From assembly GCA_964016885.1 (NCBI GenBank), contig OZ024744.1:32798001-32862000 (forward strand): a stretch of 64,000 nt of DNA, given 5' to 3'. The notes under the pieces are model-generated. The model did no database searches. It was not told where the DNA came from and saw only the letters and a program-made list of their open reading frames with translations. Position numbers and translations under genes: made by a program. Each line of letters begins with the position of its first letter. Position 1 is the first letter of the stretch. Positions 12,561 through 24,212 of this stretch are shown here, in pieces. Origin of the DNA: Eledone cirrhosa (Eukaryota).

Positions 12561-12914
12561 TAAATAAACAGATAAAATAAAAATGGCGTAGACATACAAT
12601 ACAACAAGAGGAACATAATAGTACCACTGATGATGTTGCAGATGTGCAAAGAAAGAACTTTGTTAGATTATATATATTTGTTTATATCTATATTATATAT
12701 GTATTTTTGTAGCAGTCAATGATAAACATTGAGGACCAAATGAATTAACTGTGAAGATATAAAGATTACAGAAGCGAAAACCAACCAAACATTGAGCGTG
12801 TTCTGATATTATTTCTGGCAATATTATTACAACAATATGAACCTCCCCAAGTATAACAATATTTGTTTCGACAAGATTTCATATTAAAAACCTCGCAAAA
12901 CAAATTCATCACCG

Positions 12915-14135
<1,221 letters not shown>

Positions 14136-14151
14136 ATATATATATATATAT

Positions 14152-14515
14152 ATCTGGGGCGGGTAACATTCCCGAGATCTATGGGCGAGTTCTCTCCAAC
14201 GGTCTCTGTCCCTCATTATCGCTACCATGTCCTGCGTCTCCAACAGACCAGTGTCTGTCCTTAGGGCATCAACATACGTTAACCTTGGTCCTCCTTTTCC
14301 AGTGAGTCCATGTAGGGGCTCCCAAAGGATCACTGAGTGCAATGTCAACTCTGGATGTCGGTGAGCATGTCCAGCCAACCTCAGTCTCCTCTGTGTCACT
14401 TTTGAGCTGACATTTGGAAGGCTCCCATACAGCTCTGAGTTTTTCATCCTCAGTGTATACTGATTAATGTTCAGAGCCATCCTCAGCATTCTCGTGTAGC
14501 ACCCATCCACCATTG
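14152..14515 (-). mobile_element. 3' fragment of RTE/RTE-X-type LINE
   Basis: DGCYTRMLRMALNI..RRLRLAGHAHRH..ILWEP..GGPRLTYVD..DRDRWR, typical of an RTE C-terminus; in (TA)n. Confidence 0.8.
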
Positions 14516-15002
14516 GATATATATATATAAACATACATACGTACGTTTATTTTTATATGTATCATTTTTGTTCGTATGTATGTATGTGTGTGTACATATA
14601 TATGTGTGCGTGTATATATGTATATATATATATGAACTTTCCCGATATAAGGTATGACTCTCTTTGTTTATTTTTTTATATGAATATTGATTGTTTGTTC
14701 TTGTATCTCATTCTGTTATTTTGCCGGAGAAAATATCTGTGTGTCATCAAGCGATGCACACATATAGTCATTTTTTCAAATCCAATTGAGTTCTAGCACG
14801 TGGCTTGAATTCTTTTCAGAATTCATTGACCTTCGCATGTATTGTTTTTTGGCGGTAATCTCCTTCCTCCTATTCTCGAGACAGTGTGAGATTTTCTTTA
14901 GAACTGTTGGACTAACAACCTAGTAGCTACCTCAAGCACTGATGGGTTATTATCGCTAAATATTGATGTTGATTTGGTTATCAATATTAATATTATTGGG
15001 CA

Positions 15003-15129
15003 CCCACTGAAGAATTATAAGAGCCCACTTGAATAAGTATCTGTTGATCTTATACAAGCTTCTACATAAATTGGTATAATTTCACCTAATTTGTAGAAAT
15101 CTTATAATGAAACGAGACGTCCGTCTGGG
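15003..15129 (+). ncRNA. Type I hammerhead ribozyme with large stem II insert
   Basis: CCCA-CTGAAGA-ATTATAAGA...TCTTATAAT-GAAA-CG(AGACGTC)CG-TC-TGGG. Confidence 0.85.
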
Positions 15130-15295
15130 AAGAGATATTTTTGATATATCTCATATGAAATGATACAGCCAATTTTCCACACAATACAATTAGTTAGCAC
15201 TCCAAAAGTTTAATTGGGAATATACTCACTTATTTCCTAATGTTTGTTGAGTGAGTTGGAATTTGGCCTGAGTATCGCTCTTAGCTTTCTCCGAT

Positions 15296-15353
<58 letters not shown>

Positions 15354-15673
15354 TACATACATACGAAAAGAATTATACATATAAACATAAACGTACGTAT
15401 GTATGTGTTTGTACGTTCTTTATTGTGCGTGCGGGTGCGTATATGTTTCTTACGTGTGTATATATATTTACGTACGTATTTACGTGTGTATATATATTTA
15501 TGTTTATTTTTTTCACTTTTTTATATTTTAATTTTAATTTTTTACTTTTTAGTTTATGCCTGTCTGGTCGCATGTGTGGTTGTTTGTATGTATGTGTGTA
15601 TATATTTATATGTATATTTTTATATTTTTTATATATTTATAATTTACTTTTTATATTTATATATATATAAAAT

Positions 15674-15863
15674 AGGGCGGTGGATTGGCAGTATCGGTAG
15701 AGGGTCGGACGCCATGCTTTCCATCATAGTTACGTCCCTTTACGATCTGAGTTCAAATCCCGCCGAGGATGATTTTGCCTTTCATCCATACGGGGTCGAT
15801 AAAATAAAGTACCAGTAATGCACTGGATAATTGCTGGCCTTGTGCCTAAAGTAGAAACAATTA
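15674..15863 (+). mobile_element. tRNA-derived SINE with Nin/Deu-like central domain
   Basis: A box TGGCAGTATCGG, B box GTTCAAATCC, GCCTTTCATCC..GGGGTCGATAAAATAAAGTACCAG; several copies in the window. Confidence 0.88.
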
Positions 15864-15906
<43 letters not shown>

Positions 15907-15932
15907 GTATATTTATATATATATATAGATAG

Positions 15933-16130
15933 ATAGGAAAAAGTATGACCCCGACGGCAGAGCTCAAGCCGTTTCGACGGCTATTTCTGGACTAAATTTA
16001 GTCCAGAAATAGCCGTCGAAACGGCTTGAGTTCTGCCGTCGGGGTCATACTTTTTCCTATTTCCCACTCTACTACACTAAGAAGTATTGAGTACTCTGGT
16101 GCGTTATGGTCCATCTGGTTCCTTACCACA
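15933..16130. mobile_element. 128-bp palindrome (15933..16060) plus tail; 3' half of an HHR in each arm
   Basis: Centre 15996/15997; GAAA-CGGC..GCCG-TC. Relatives at ~7205-7370, 16420-16570, 45086-45290 and 48870-48975. Confidence 0.85.
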
Positions 16131-16171
16131 ATTCCTGGGTGAACCTACAGTAACGTAATGTTACACTCCAT

Positions 16172-16365
<194 letters not shown>

Positions 16366-16371
16366 TATATA

Positions 16372-16420
<49 letters not shown>

Positions 16421-16729
16421 CGAAGGAGGTGTGGTAAGGAACAAGATGGACCATAACGCAACAGAGTACTCCATACTTAGCGTAGTAGAGTGGGTAATAG
16501 GAAAATGTTTGACACCGACGGCAGAGCTCAAGCCGTTTCGACGGCTATTCCTGGACTCATCGAGTCGAAACATACATACATATATACATTCATTCATACA
16601 TACATAAATACATACACACACACATACATACACACGTGCATACATACATACATACATACATACATACATACATACATACATACATACATACATACATACA
16701 TACATACATACATACATACATACATACAT

Positions 16730-17337
16730 GGTGGCTGCCAACTCGTTTTCGAGTACGGCCACTACTTTATATCCATGTAGGAGAACCCTTACCGATGCGC
16801 TGAACGAGTGTGACTTTTTAGTCCAGCCAGCGACTTGAAAATCCAGGTACAAACACTACACTTGTGACAATTATTGTCACATACTGCTGGGCCCATGGTA
16901 CCATGTGACAACAAGTGCAGAGAGATCTCCAGATATAAAGCAATGCCTGTGCCGTGAAGCTTTTATAGTGAGCAAAGGCACTGCACAAAGCCAGTCCCAC
17001 TCTCTTAACCAAGATGATATTTACCAAAAAGAAGAACAAGTCAACATCATTGGATACCATAGGAGTTGCAGGTGTTATATCAGAGTTTTCCTTCTCCTAG
17101 AATTCTGCCTTGACAAAGGCTAAGGGATCATCTCTCCCGGTGATTTTGGATGGCCATTGACTCTTAAGAGCTCCCTTGCCCTTTGACAGGTTTTGTTTTT
17201 AATCCTGCAGGATGTCCAAAGTCACCCTCCTCACCAAGAAACCTTGGTGGGGTTGCCAGTTTAGTCGCCAACGACCTGACCATGAGACAGGTTGTACTGG
17301 GATACATGTTACCAGTAGCACCAACTGGTGACCTGAC
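16730..17337 (-). mobile_element. 608-bp non-coding retroelement with RTE-like 5' region, in (TATG)n
   Basis: Near-identical copy at 37286..37893. Contains CTAGGAGAAGGAAAACTCTGA, similar to 36560-36780 upstream of the RTE ORF. Strand inferred. Confidence 0.75.
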
Positions 17338-17402
17338 ATATATATACATACATATATGAGGATGGCTACCCCCTCGTTATCGAGTATGGCCATTGCACGA
17401 GA

Positions 17403-17433
<31 letters not shown>

Positions 17434-17469
17434 TAAAATAAAAAAAGAAATATATATATATATATATAT

Positions 17470-17539
<70 letters not shown>

Positions 17540-17602
17540 GCACACACACACACACACACACATACACACACATACATTAATAACAATAATAATAATAATA
17601 AT

Positions 17603-20443
17603 GATTTCATTTATTAGCCAAAAGGGCCGACATGTAGGGGACAATACAAAGTCAGGGACAGTGGGGGTTTACAATAAGGTCGAGTAAAAGTGCACAATGG
17701 CAAGACTAATTTAACAATGAAAATATAAAAATATAAAATAAACCATGCATAAATATAACAAAATAAATTCCCCGATAGGGGGTGGACGACCCTGGGGTGA
17801 TTCGGGTACCCCACCAATCCTGAACCACCCTACGCTTCTAGGGCACCCAGGAGAGCACCCCTCTCCTCAAGTTAGCCAGCCTATAGGCGCATGGTCAGAG
17901 TAGGCCCATTCACACGAGCCATTCTCGCCACATTCACCCACCTTTTAGCAAATGTACTGGGGGGCAGCACTTCTCTCTCCACCCTCACCCTCCTTTCCAG
18001 GTGAAACTTGAAGAAGTTGATGAGGGATTGGCCGATTAGTCCTTTCAACCTGGTCCACCATATAATCTCTTTCGCAACTGCCACCAGACAGAGAAAAATG
18101 TCCTGCTCTTCCTGACCTAAGGAAGGTGGCGGTTCGATCTTCACTATGGACTCGGCCGATAGCCGGATTCGTTCCACACGCGACAGTAGCTGTTCGACAT
18201 AACTCCACAAGTCAGTAATGCACGGACATTGGACAAGTGCGTGCAGAACGGTTTCGTCGTTCTGTGCGCATCTTGGGCAGGTCCGTCTGACAGCAGTTCC
18301 GTGCCTGTAGAGTTTATCCCGAACCGGCAGTGCCCCCCGGTAGCACTGCCAAGCGAGGGATTTCTGGAAATTTTCCATCGTCCCCGGCTCAAAAGTCCTC
18401 CGGTACAGACTGGTCAGTTCGACTTCGTCGAGGCCCAAAGCTTCTCCGAGTGCGTCATCGCACTTGCCCACCACTAATCCTCTATAGAACTCGAGAGTGG
18501 AAGTTCCACTGATTGCATTGCCCGTTTGGTAGAGGGCAATGAGTGCCTGGCAACATTCCAGGTGCCAGTAACCCAGTCTCGGTCTCTTCTTGACCCAGGA
18601 CTGCAGCTCAGTCAAAGAAATGAGCTGCGGAAAGGCGCGTCTGATAAACGGCGACCACACCTGTTCACCATTGAGGCAGAATATCTGGAAATGTCGCAGC
18701 CTCAACGCATGTCTGCGCATCATTAGCCACGGCATGCCCACCCTTCCGCGTAGAGGGTGCTGGCAGCAGATGGACGCCTCACCAACGGAACTTGTCCCCT
18801 CCACAAGAATTTGAAGAGGAGCCGTTCCAACTTGACGAGGCGCGGACGGGGGCAAGGCAAGACGGTTAGGCGGTAGTAGATGACGGACGCGATGTACGCG
18901 TTCTCCACCTCCGCGCGACCTTTCAGTGATAGCTTCCTCCCAGCCCATTTTTGGGTGAGACTGGCTACTCTGCTCGTTACCTCGTCCCAATTCTTTTCCA
19001 CCTGGAGGTCTGGTCCGAACCAAACCCCGAGCAACTTTACTGGTCCGTCCGTCCGCTGTTGGACGGCATGGGCTTGCCTCCCCTAGGTTCCGAGCTGCAA
19101 GCCCACCGACTTTTCCGGGTTAAGTTTGGCTCCTGTCAACCTTTCATATTCCTTAAATAAGGTGCCGACCACCTCGATCTCTGAGGTGTTCGCCACCATC
19201 ACGGTGATGTCGTCCGCATAAGCCGACACCGCCTTTCCACGTCCCGGTTCGAGCGGGATGCCCTGCAACAGCTCCAGCTTCCGCAGTAAAGGCTCGAGAG
19301 TCAATACGTACAGAAGGGAAGAGAGAGGGCACCTTTGACGGACCGATCGAGAGAGCCGAAATGGTTCCGAGAGGTGGCCATTAACCTTGACCACCGAGCG
19401 TGTGCCGCTGTGCATTGCAACGATCCAGCTTCTAAAGACAGGGCCGAAGCCAGCTGCTTTGAGGACAAACTCCAGATACCGATGGTCGACCCTATCGAAT
19501 GCTTTCGATTGATCTAAATTGATCAGAGCCCCACCGAAGCCAGGTTTACACCCAACCCTCTCTATGATGTATCGCATGAGGTGGAGATTGTCGTGTATGG
19601 ACCTGGCTGGGATTGCGCAAGTTTGCGCCTCCCCAACCAAATCCTCGACGACAAACGCCAATCTCTTTGCTAACACCTTGGCCAAAATCTTAAACTCTGT
19701 GTTGAGCAGAGTTATGGGCCTGAAGTTGTCTAATGTATCCCTCTTGTTCTCGTCTTTCCTTATCAGCGTCACCACTCCCCTGCTCACAGAACTGGGAATA
19801 CTCCCATTCTGCTGCCAGTTACAGTAGAGTGCTTCGAGGAGTTCGGAGAACAAGCCTGGCATATTTACGTAAAGCTCGTAGGGCAGGCCATCCAAACCGG
19901 GTGACATGCGCCTCATGCAGCCGACAAGGGCGTTCCGAATTTCGGCTGAAGTAATCAGCCTTTCGCAGCGCTCAGCGTCGACCGTCGAGATGCGCGGTAA
20001 GCCGTCAAGGTAGGGACTGAAATCTGCTACTCTCTCTGACTCGCCACTCTCCCTGAACAACCGAGCAACTGCTGGCGAAAGGACTCACACATCCTCTTGG
20101 AATCGCTTATCTCGTGTCTGTCTCGGTCCGCCAAAACCGAATTGTGGTTTTATTACCACGCTGCGCCTCCGCCACGCGGGCCCATCGAACAGCTTTAGTT
20201 CCCTCGTTTCTCAGCGCACGCGCCTTAGCTCTGACAATGCAACCTTCGTGTTTGGCATTGAAGAAATGGTCTAATGCCATTCTCGCCGCTAGCACGCCAG
20301 TTGCGATGCCACTACAAATAGCCTCGTCTAACTTATTTACCAGCTCCTCCTCCTTTCTATTTTTCTCTAACGGTAGTTCTTTGCTGAACTCTATCGAAGT
20401 TACTCTAATCTCTTTTTTGAGAGCCCCCCACCATCTGTTGTTG
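17603..20443 (-). mobile_element. Tx1-clade LINE, 5'-truncated, frameshifted ORF2
   Basis: RT (19083..20060: PGLDG, DQSKAFD, YADD); C-terminal CPRC..H..C (17881..19023); AATAAA then (ATT)n tail. Confidence 0.93.
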
Positions 20444-20498
<55 letters not shown>

Positions 20499-20520
20499 TT
20501 TCTTTATTAACCACAAGGGT

Positions 20521-23500
20521 TTACATAAAGTAGACATTAAGGACAGTGCAGGACAATGCAGGACGGTACAAATGGGCATTTCTGCGTGTAAAAAACAAAA
20601 ACAGAGGATGTAACAAAAATAACAATGAAAATAACAATGAAAAATTCCCCAATAGGGGGGAGACTTCGGAGGGACATTTGTGGAGAAAGCCCAGTAAAAA
20701 GCCACAATGACCCTGACCACCAAGGCAAGTGCCCTCTCCCAGTTTTCCACCTTTAATTTCCAGATATATACTCAGAGTAGGCCCATTCACTCGGGCCATT
20801 CTTGCTTCTCTCACCCATCTTTCAACAAAATGCTGGGAAGAGAGCACTTCCCTCTCTACTCTGATTTTCCTTTTCAAATGAAATTTGAAAAAGTCAATCA
20901 GAGCATCACCGAAGAGGTAAGTGCTCGTCTTCAGCCCTTTCAAACGTGTCCACCATACTATCTCTTTCGCCATGGCCACCAGACAGATAAAAACTGCCTG
21001 CCCTTCCCGGCTAAAGGAGGAGGGCGGGGCAATCCTCACGATGGACTCAGATGATAGCTGGATCCGTCCTAAACGCGACAGCAGGTGTTCGACATAAACC
21101 CACAAGTCAGCAATTTTCGGACACTGGACGAGTGCGTGCAGGACGGTTTCGTCGCCCTGCGCGCATCTCGGACATGCCCGGCTGACGGCACCTCCATGCC
21201 TGTAGAGTTTATCCCGAACTGGCAAGGCTCCTCGGTAGCACTGCCAGGCCAGAGATTTCTGGAAGTTGTCCATAGGCCCTGGCCCGAAAGTTCTTCCGAA
21301 GAGATTGGCTAGTTGATTTTCGTCGACGCCTAGAGTTTCCCCAAGTACGTCGTCGCTCTTCCCCTCCACTAATCCTCTATAGAACGCCGAGGTGGAGTTT
21401 CCACCGATCACATTGCCCGATTGGTCGAGGGCTGTGAGCGCCTGAAGACATTCAAGTCTCCAGGCGCTCCCTCTCGGTCTTCGCTTGACCCAGGACTGCA
21501 GCTCCGTCAAGGAAACGAGCTGGGGAAAAACGCGTCTAGCAAACGGCGACCACACCTGATCACCGTCGAGGAAGAGGTGGAGATGTCGTAGCCTGAGCGC
21601 GTGCCTGCGCATCATCAGCCACGGCATGCCCAGCCCTCCACGTAGCGGGTGTTGACAACAGATGGACCGCCTGACCATCGGAGCACGTCCCTTCCACAAA
21701 AAGCGAAAGAGCAAACGCTCCAGCGCAGTCAGGCGAGGCTTAGGACAAGGTACGACGGTTAGGCGGTAGCAGATGACAGACGCGATGTACGCGTTAGCCA
21801 CCTCCGCTCGACCTTTCAGGGATAGCTTCCTCTCGGCACATTTCTGGGTGAGAGAAGCCACCCTGCTCGTCACCTCGTCCCAGTTTTTGTCCGTCTGGAG
21901 GTCCGGACCGAACCAGACCCCTAGCAATTTAACCGGTCCGTCCGTCCAGCGCCCGACGACGCTGTTGGACGGCATGGACCTGCCTCTCCAGGTGCCGAGC
22001 TGCAGGCCCACTGACTTTTCCTGGTTGATCATTGCTCCTGTCACCGCTTCGTATTCTCTTAGTGTAGTGCCGATCGCCTCGATGTGTTTGGCGTTCGACA
22101 CCACTACGGTGACATCGTCCGCATATGCTGACACGGATCTTCCGCATCCTAGTTCGCGCGGGACTCCCCTCAACGTCTCCAGTTTGTGCAGTAATGGCTC
22201 GAGAGTCAATACGTACAAGAGGGACGAGAGGGGACATCCTTGGCGGACCGAGCGCATGATGTTGAACGGTTCCGACAGGTGACCGTTCACTCTCACCACA
22301 GAGCAGATGTCGCTGTGCATGGCAGCGATCCAGCCTCTGAAGACGGGCCCAAAGCCAGCCGCCCTCAGGACTGCCGCTAGGTAACGATGGTCGACCCTAT
22401 CGAAAGCTTTCGACTGATCTAAATTGATCAAGGACCCACCCGTGCCAGGTTCCCTAGCTACCCTCTCTACGATGTATCGCATGAGGTGGAGGTTGTCGTG
22501 GATGGATCTGTCGGGAATGGCGCATGTCTGCGCCTCTCCCACCAGACCACCAACGACAAGCGCCAACCTCTTTGCTAGCACCTTGGCCAAAATCTTAAAC
22601 TCTGTGTTTAGCAGAGTTATGGGCCGGAATTTGTCTATGTTATCCCCCTTGTTCGGATCCTTTCTCAGCAGTGCCACCGCTCCTCGGCTCACAGAACTGG
22701 GAATTCTCCCGTTCTGTTGCCAGTTGCAGTAGACGTCCGCCAAGAGGCCTCCGTACAAGTCTGGCATCTGTACGTAAATTTCATAGGGCAGACCATCCAA
22801 ACCAGGCGATTTACCCCTTGTGCAGCCAGTCATTGCCTCCCTTACTTCAGCGGCTGTTATCGGCTTTTCGCAACACTTCGCCTCAGTGGCCGAGAGCCGC
22901 GGCAGTCCGTCGAGGTAGACACTAAAGTCCATCCCTCTACCCGGCCCCCCGCTACCCCCGAACAGCTGAGCGAAGTGTCGCTGAAAAGCTTCACACATTT
23001 GCCCGGGATCGAGTAGCATGCGCCCGTCGTGGTCCACCAAAGACCGGATCGTGGCTTTGTTGCCACGACGCGCCTCCGCCACTCGGGCCCATAGAACGGC
23101 TTTCGTCCCCTCGTGTCTGAGAGCACGCACCCTAGCTCTGACAACGCAGCCTTCGTGCTTTGCATTGAAGAATTGGTCAAGGGCCAATTTCGCCGCAAGC
23201 ACGTCGGTCGCAATGCCTTTGCTAAGCGCCTCATCTAATTTTCTAACTAGTTCACCCTCTGCTCTATTTTTCTCTATTGCTAAAGCCTTACTAAACCTAA
23301 TCGATTCTATTCTAATCGCTCTTTTCAGAGCAAACCACCACTTGTTGTTGACGATGGCCCCCGTCAACGCCCGCTTAACTAGTTCGCTAATCCGGTCTCT
23401 GTAGGCCTTGCGCGCTGGTAAGGACGCGTTTAGCTTCCAGTAGCCGGGTCCTCGTCTATGAAGCCTATCTAAGTCAAGCACACAGGTCACGAATTTGTGG

Positions 23501-24177
23501 TCCGTGTAGCTGACTATCTTGAATTGTGGACAGCCTATGCTAGACCTATCTATTTCCCTACAAAATACTCTATCTAGATATGATCTGGATGACCCTATGC
23601 GGTTTGTCCAAGTCCACATTGGCACATTCGGGAAATCCATTCGGTACCTGTCAGACAGTTCCAAACGCCTGAGCAGGTTGGTGAGGCTCTTGCACCCTCC
23701 ACCCCTATCCGCTAATCCCACACAGTCCCAGCGTGCATCTAAGATCCCGTTCCAGTCGCCCACTAACACTAAAGAGCGGGACGTTCCAAGAAAGGTCTCC
23801 AGACGCCGGAAGAAATCAGGCCGCCCTGCTCCTGTCGGGGCATAGACGGCCACTAGCCTGAAAGCTTGCCCGTCTCCGCTGGTCACGTCCAGCACCACCA
23901 GCTTACCCTCTGGGTCCAGGAAGATGGCCCGTATGGCGAGATCCAAACCTCTCCGAAAAAGCACAGCAACTCCTCCACCCGATCCAGGACGGCTGGGAGA
24001 TGCGTACACATCGTAGCCGCCGAAGATCGGTGCGAAGGCCCGTGCTTCGGAGATTCTGGTCTCGCTGATGGCCACTACATCTATGTTTAGTGACTTGAGG
24101 TCGTTGAGCAGGTGACCCTGCTTCCATGACGACCCCAAGCCACGCGCATTTATGCTGCCTATTCTGAGTGAGGTCAT
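20521..24177 (-). CDS. ORF2: APE endonuclease, reverse transcriptase and CCHC finger
   Basis: SINARG, SET, GDWN, YLDR, TDH; GYWKLN; PGLDG, FRPITLLN, RQGCPLS, YADD; CPRC..H..C. The family stop position is 20758..20760 (GAA here). Confidence 0.96.
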   Translation of the reverse strand: MTSLRIGSINARGLGSSWKQGHLLNDLKSLNIDVVAISETRISEARAFAPIFGGYDVYASPSRPGSGGGVAVLFRRGLDLAIRAIFLDPEGKLVVLDVTSGDGQAFRLVAVYAPTGAGRPDFFRRLETFLGTSRSLVLVGDWNGILDARWDCVGLADRGGGCKSLTNLLRRLELSDRYRMDFPNVPMWTWTNRIGSSRSYLDRVFCREIDRSSIGCPQFKIVSYTDHKFVTCVLDLDRLHRRGPGYWKLNASLPARKAYRDRISELVKRALTGAIVNNKWWFALKRAIRIESIRFSKALAIEKNRAEGELVRKLDEALSKGIATDVLAAKLALDQFFNAKHEGCVVRARVRALRHEGTKAVLWARVAEARRGNKATIRSLVDHDGRMLLDPGQMCEAFQRHFAQLFGGSGGPGRGMDFSVYLDGLPRLSATEAKCCEKPITAAEVREAMTGCTRGKSPGLDGLPYEIYVQMPDLYGGLLADVYCNWQQNGRIPSSVSRGAVALLRKDPNKGDNIDKFRPITLLNTEFKILAKVLAKRLALVVGGLVGEAQTCAIPDRSIHDNLHLMRYIVERVAREPGTGGSLINLDQSKAFDRVDHRYLAAVLRAAGFGPVFRGWIAAMHSDICSVVRVNGHLSEPFNIMRSVRQGCPLSSLLYVLTLEPLLHKLETLRGVPRELGCGRSVSAYADDVTVVVSNAKHIEAIGTTLREYEAVTGAMINQEKSVGLQLGTWRGRSMPSNSVVGRWTDGPVKLLGVWFGPDLQTDKNWDEVTSRVASLTQKCAERKLSLKGRAEVANAYIASVICYRLTVVPCPKPRLTALERLLFRFLWKGRAPMVRRSICCQHPLRGGLGMPWLMMRRHALRLRHLHLFLDGDQVWSPFARRVFPQLVSLTELQSWVKRRPRGSAWRLECLQALTALDQSGNVIGGNSTSAFYRGLVEGKSDDVLGETLGVDENQLANLFGRTFGPGPMDNFQKSLAWQCYRGALPVRDKLYRHGGAVSRACPRCAQGDETVLHALVQCPKIADLWVYVEHLLSRLGRIQLSSESIVRIAPPSSFSREGQAVFICLVAMAKEIVWWTRLKGLKTSTYLFGDALIDFFKFHLKRKIRVEREVLSSQHFVERWVREARMARVNGPTLSIYLEIKGGKLGEGTCLGGQGHCGFLLGFLHKCPSEVSPLLGNFSLLFSLLFLLHPLFLFFTRRNAHLYRPALSCTVLNVYFM

Positions 24178-24212
24178 GTTTAAAATAGAGTGGAAAAGAT
24201 GGGAAAGACCAC

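Noticed and set aside
15674-15780. tRNA gene
   Set aside because: The A and B boxes belong to a multicopy SINE head; there is no cloverleaf.
17210-17337. Canonical HDV-like ribozyme
   Set aside because: A G-U-closed P1 can be drawn, but P3/L3 (UCC) and P1.1 do not fit; kept only as an unclassified structure.
21773-23845. Plus-strand ORFs overlapping Tx1 ORF2 (also at 27812-29899)
   Set aside because: Antisense shadows of a GC-rich coding sequence.
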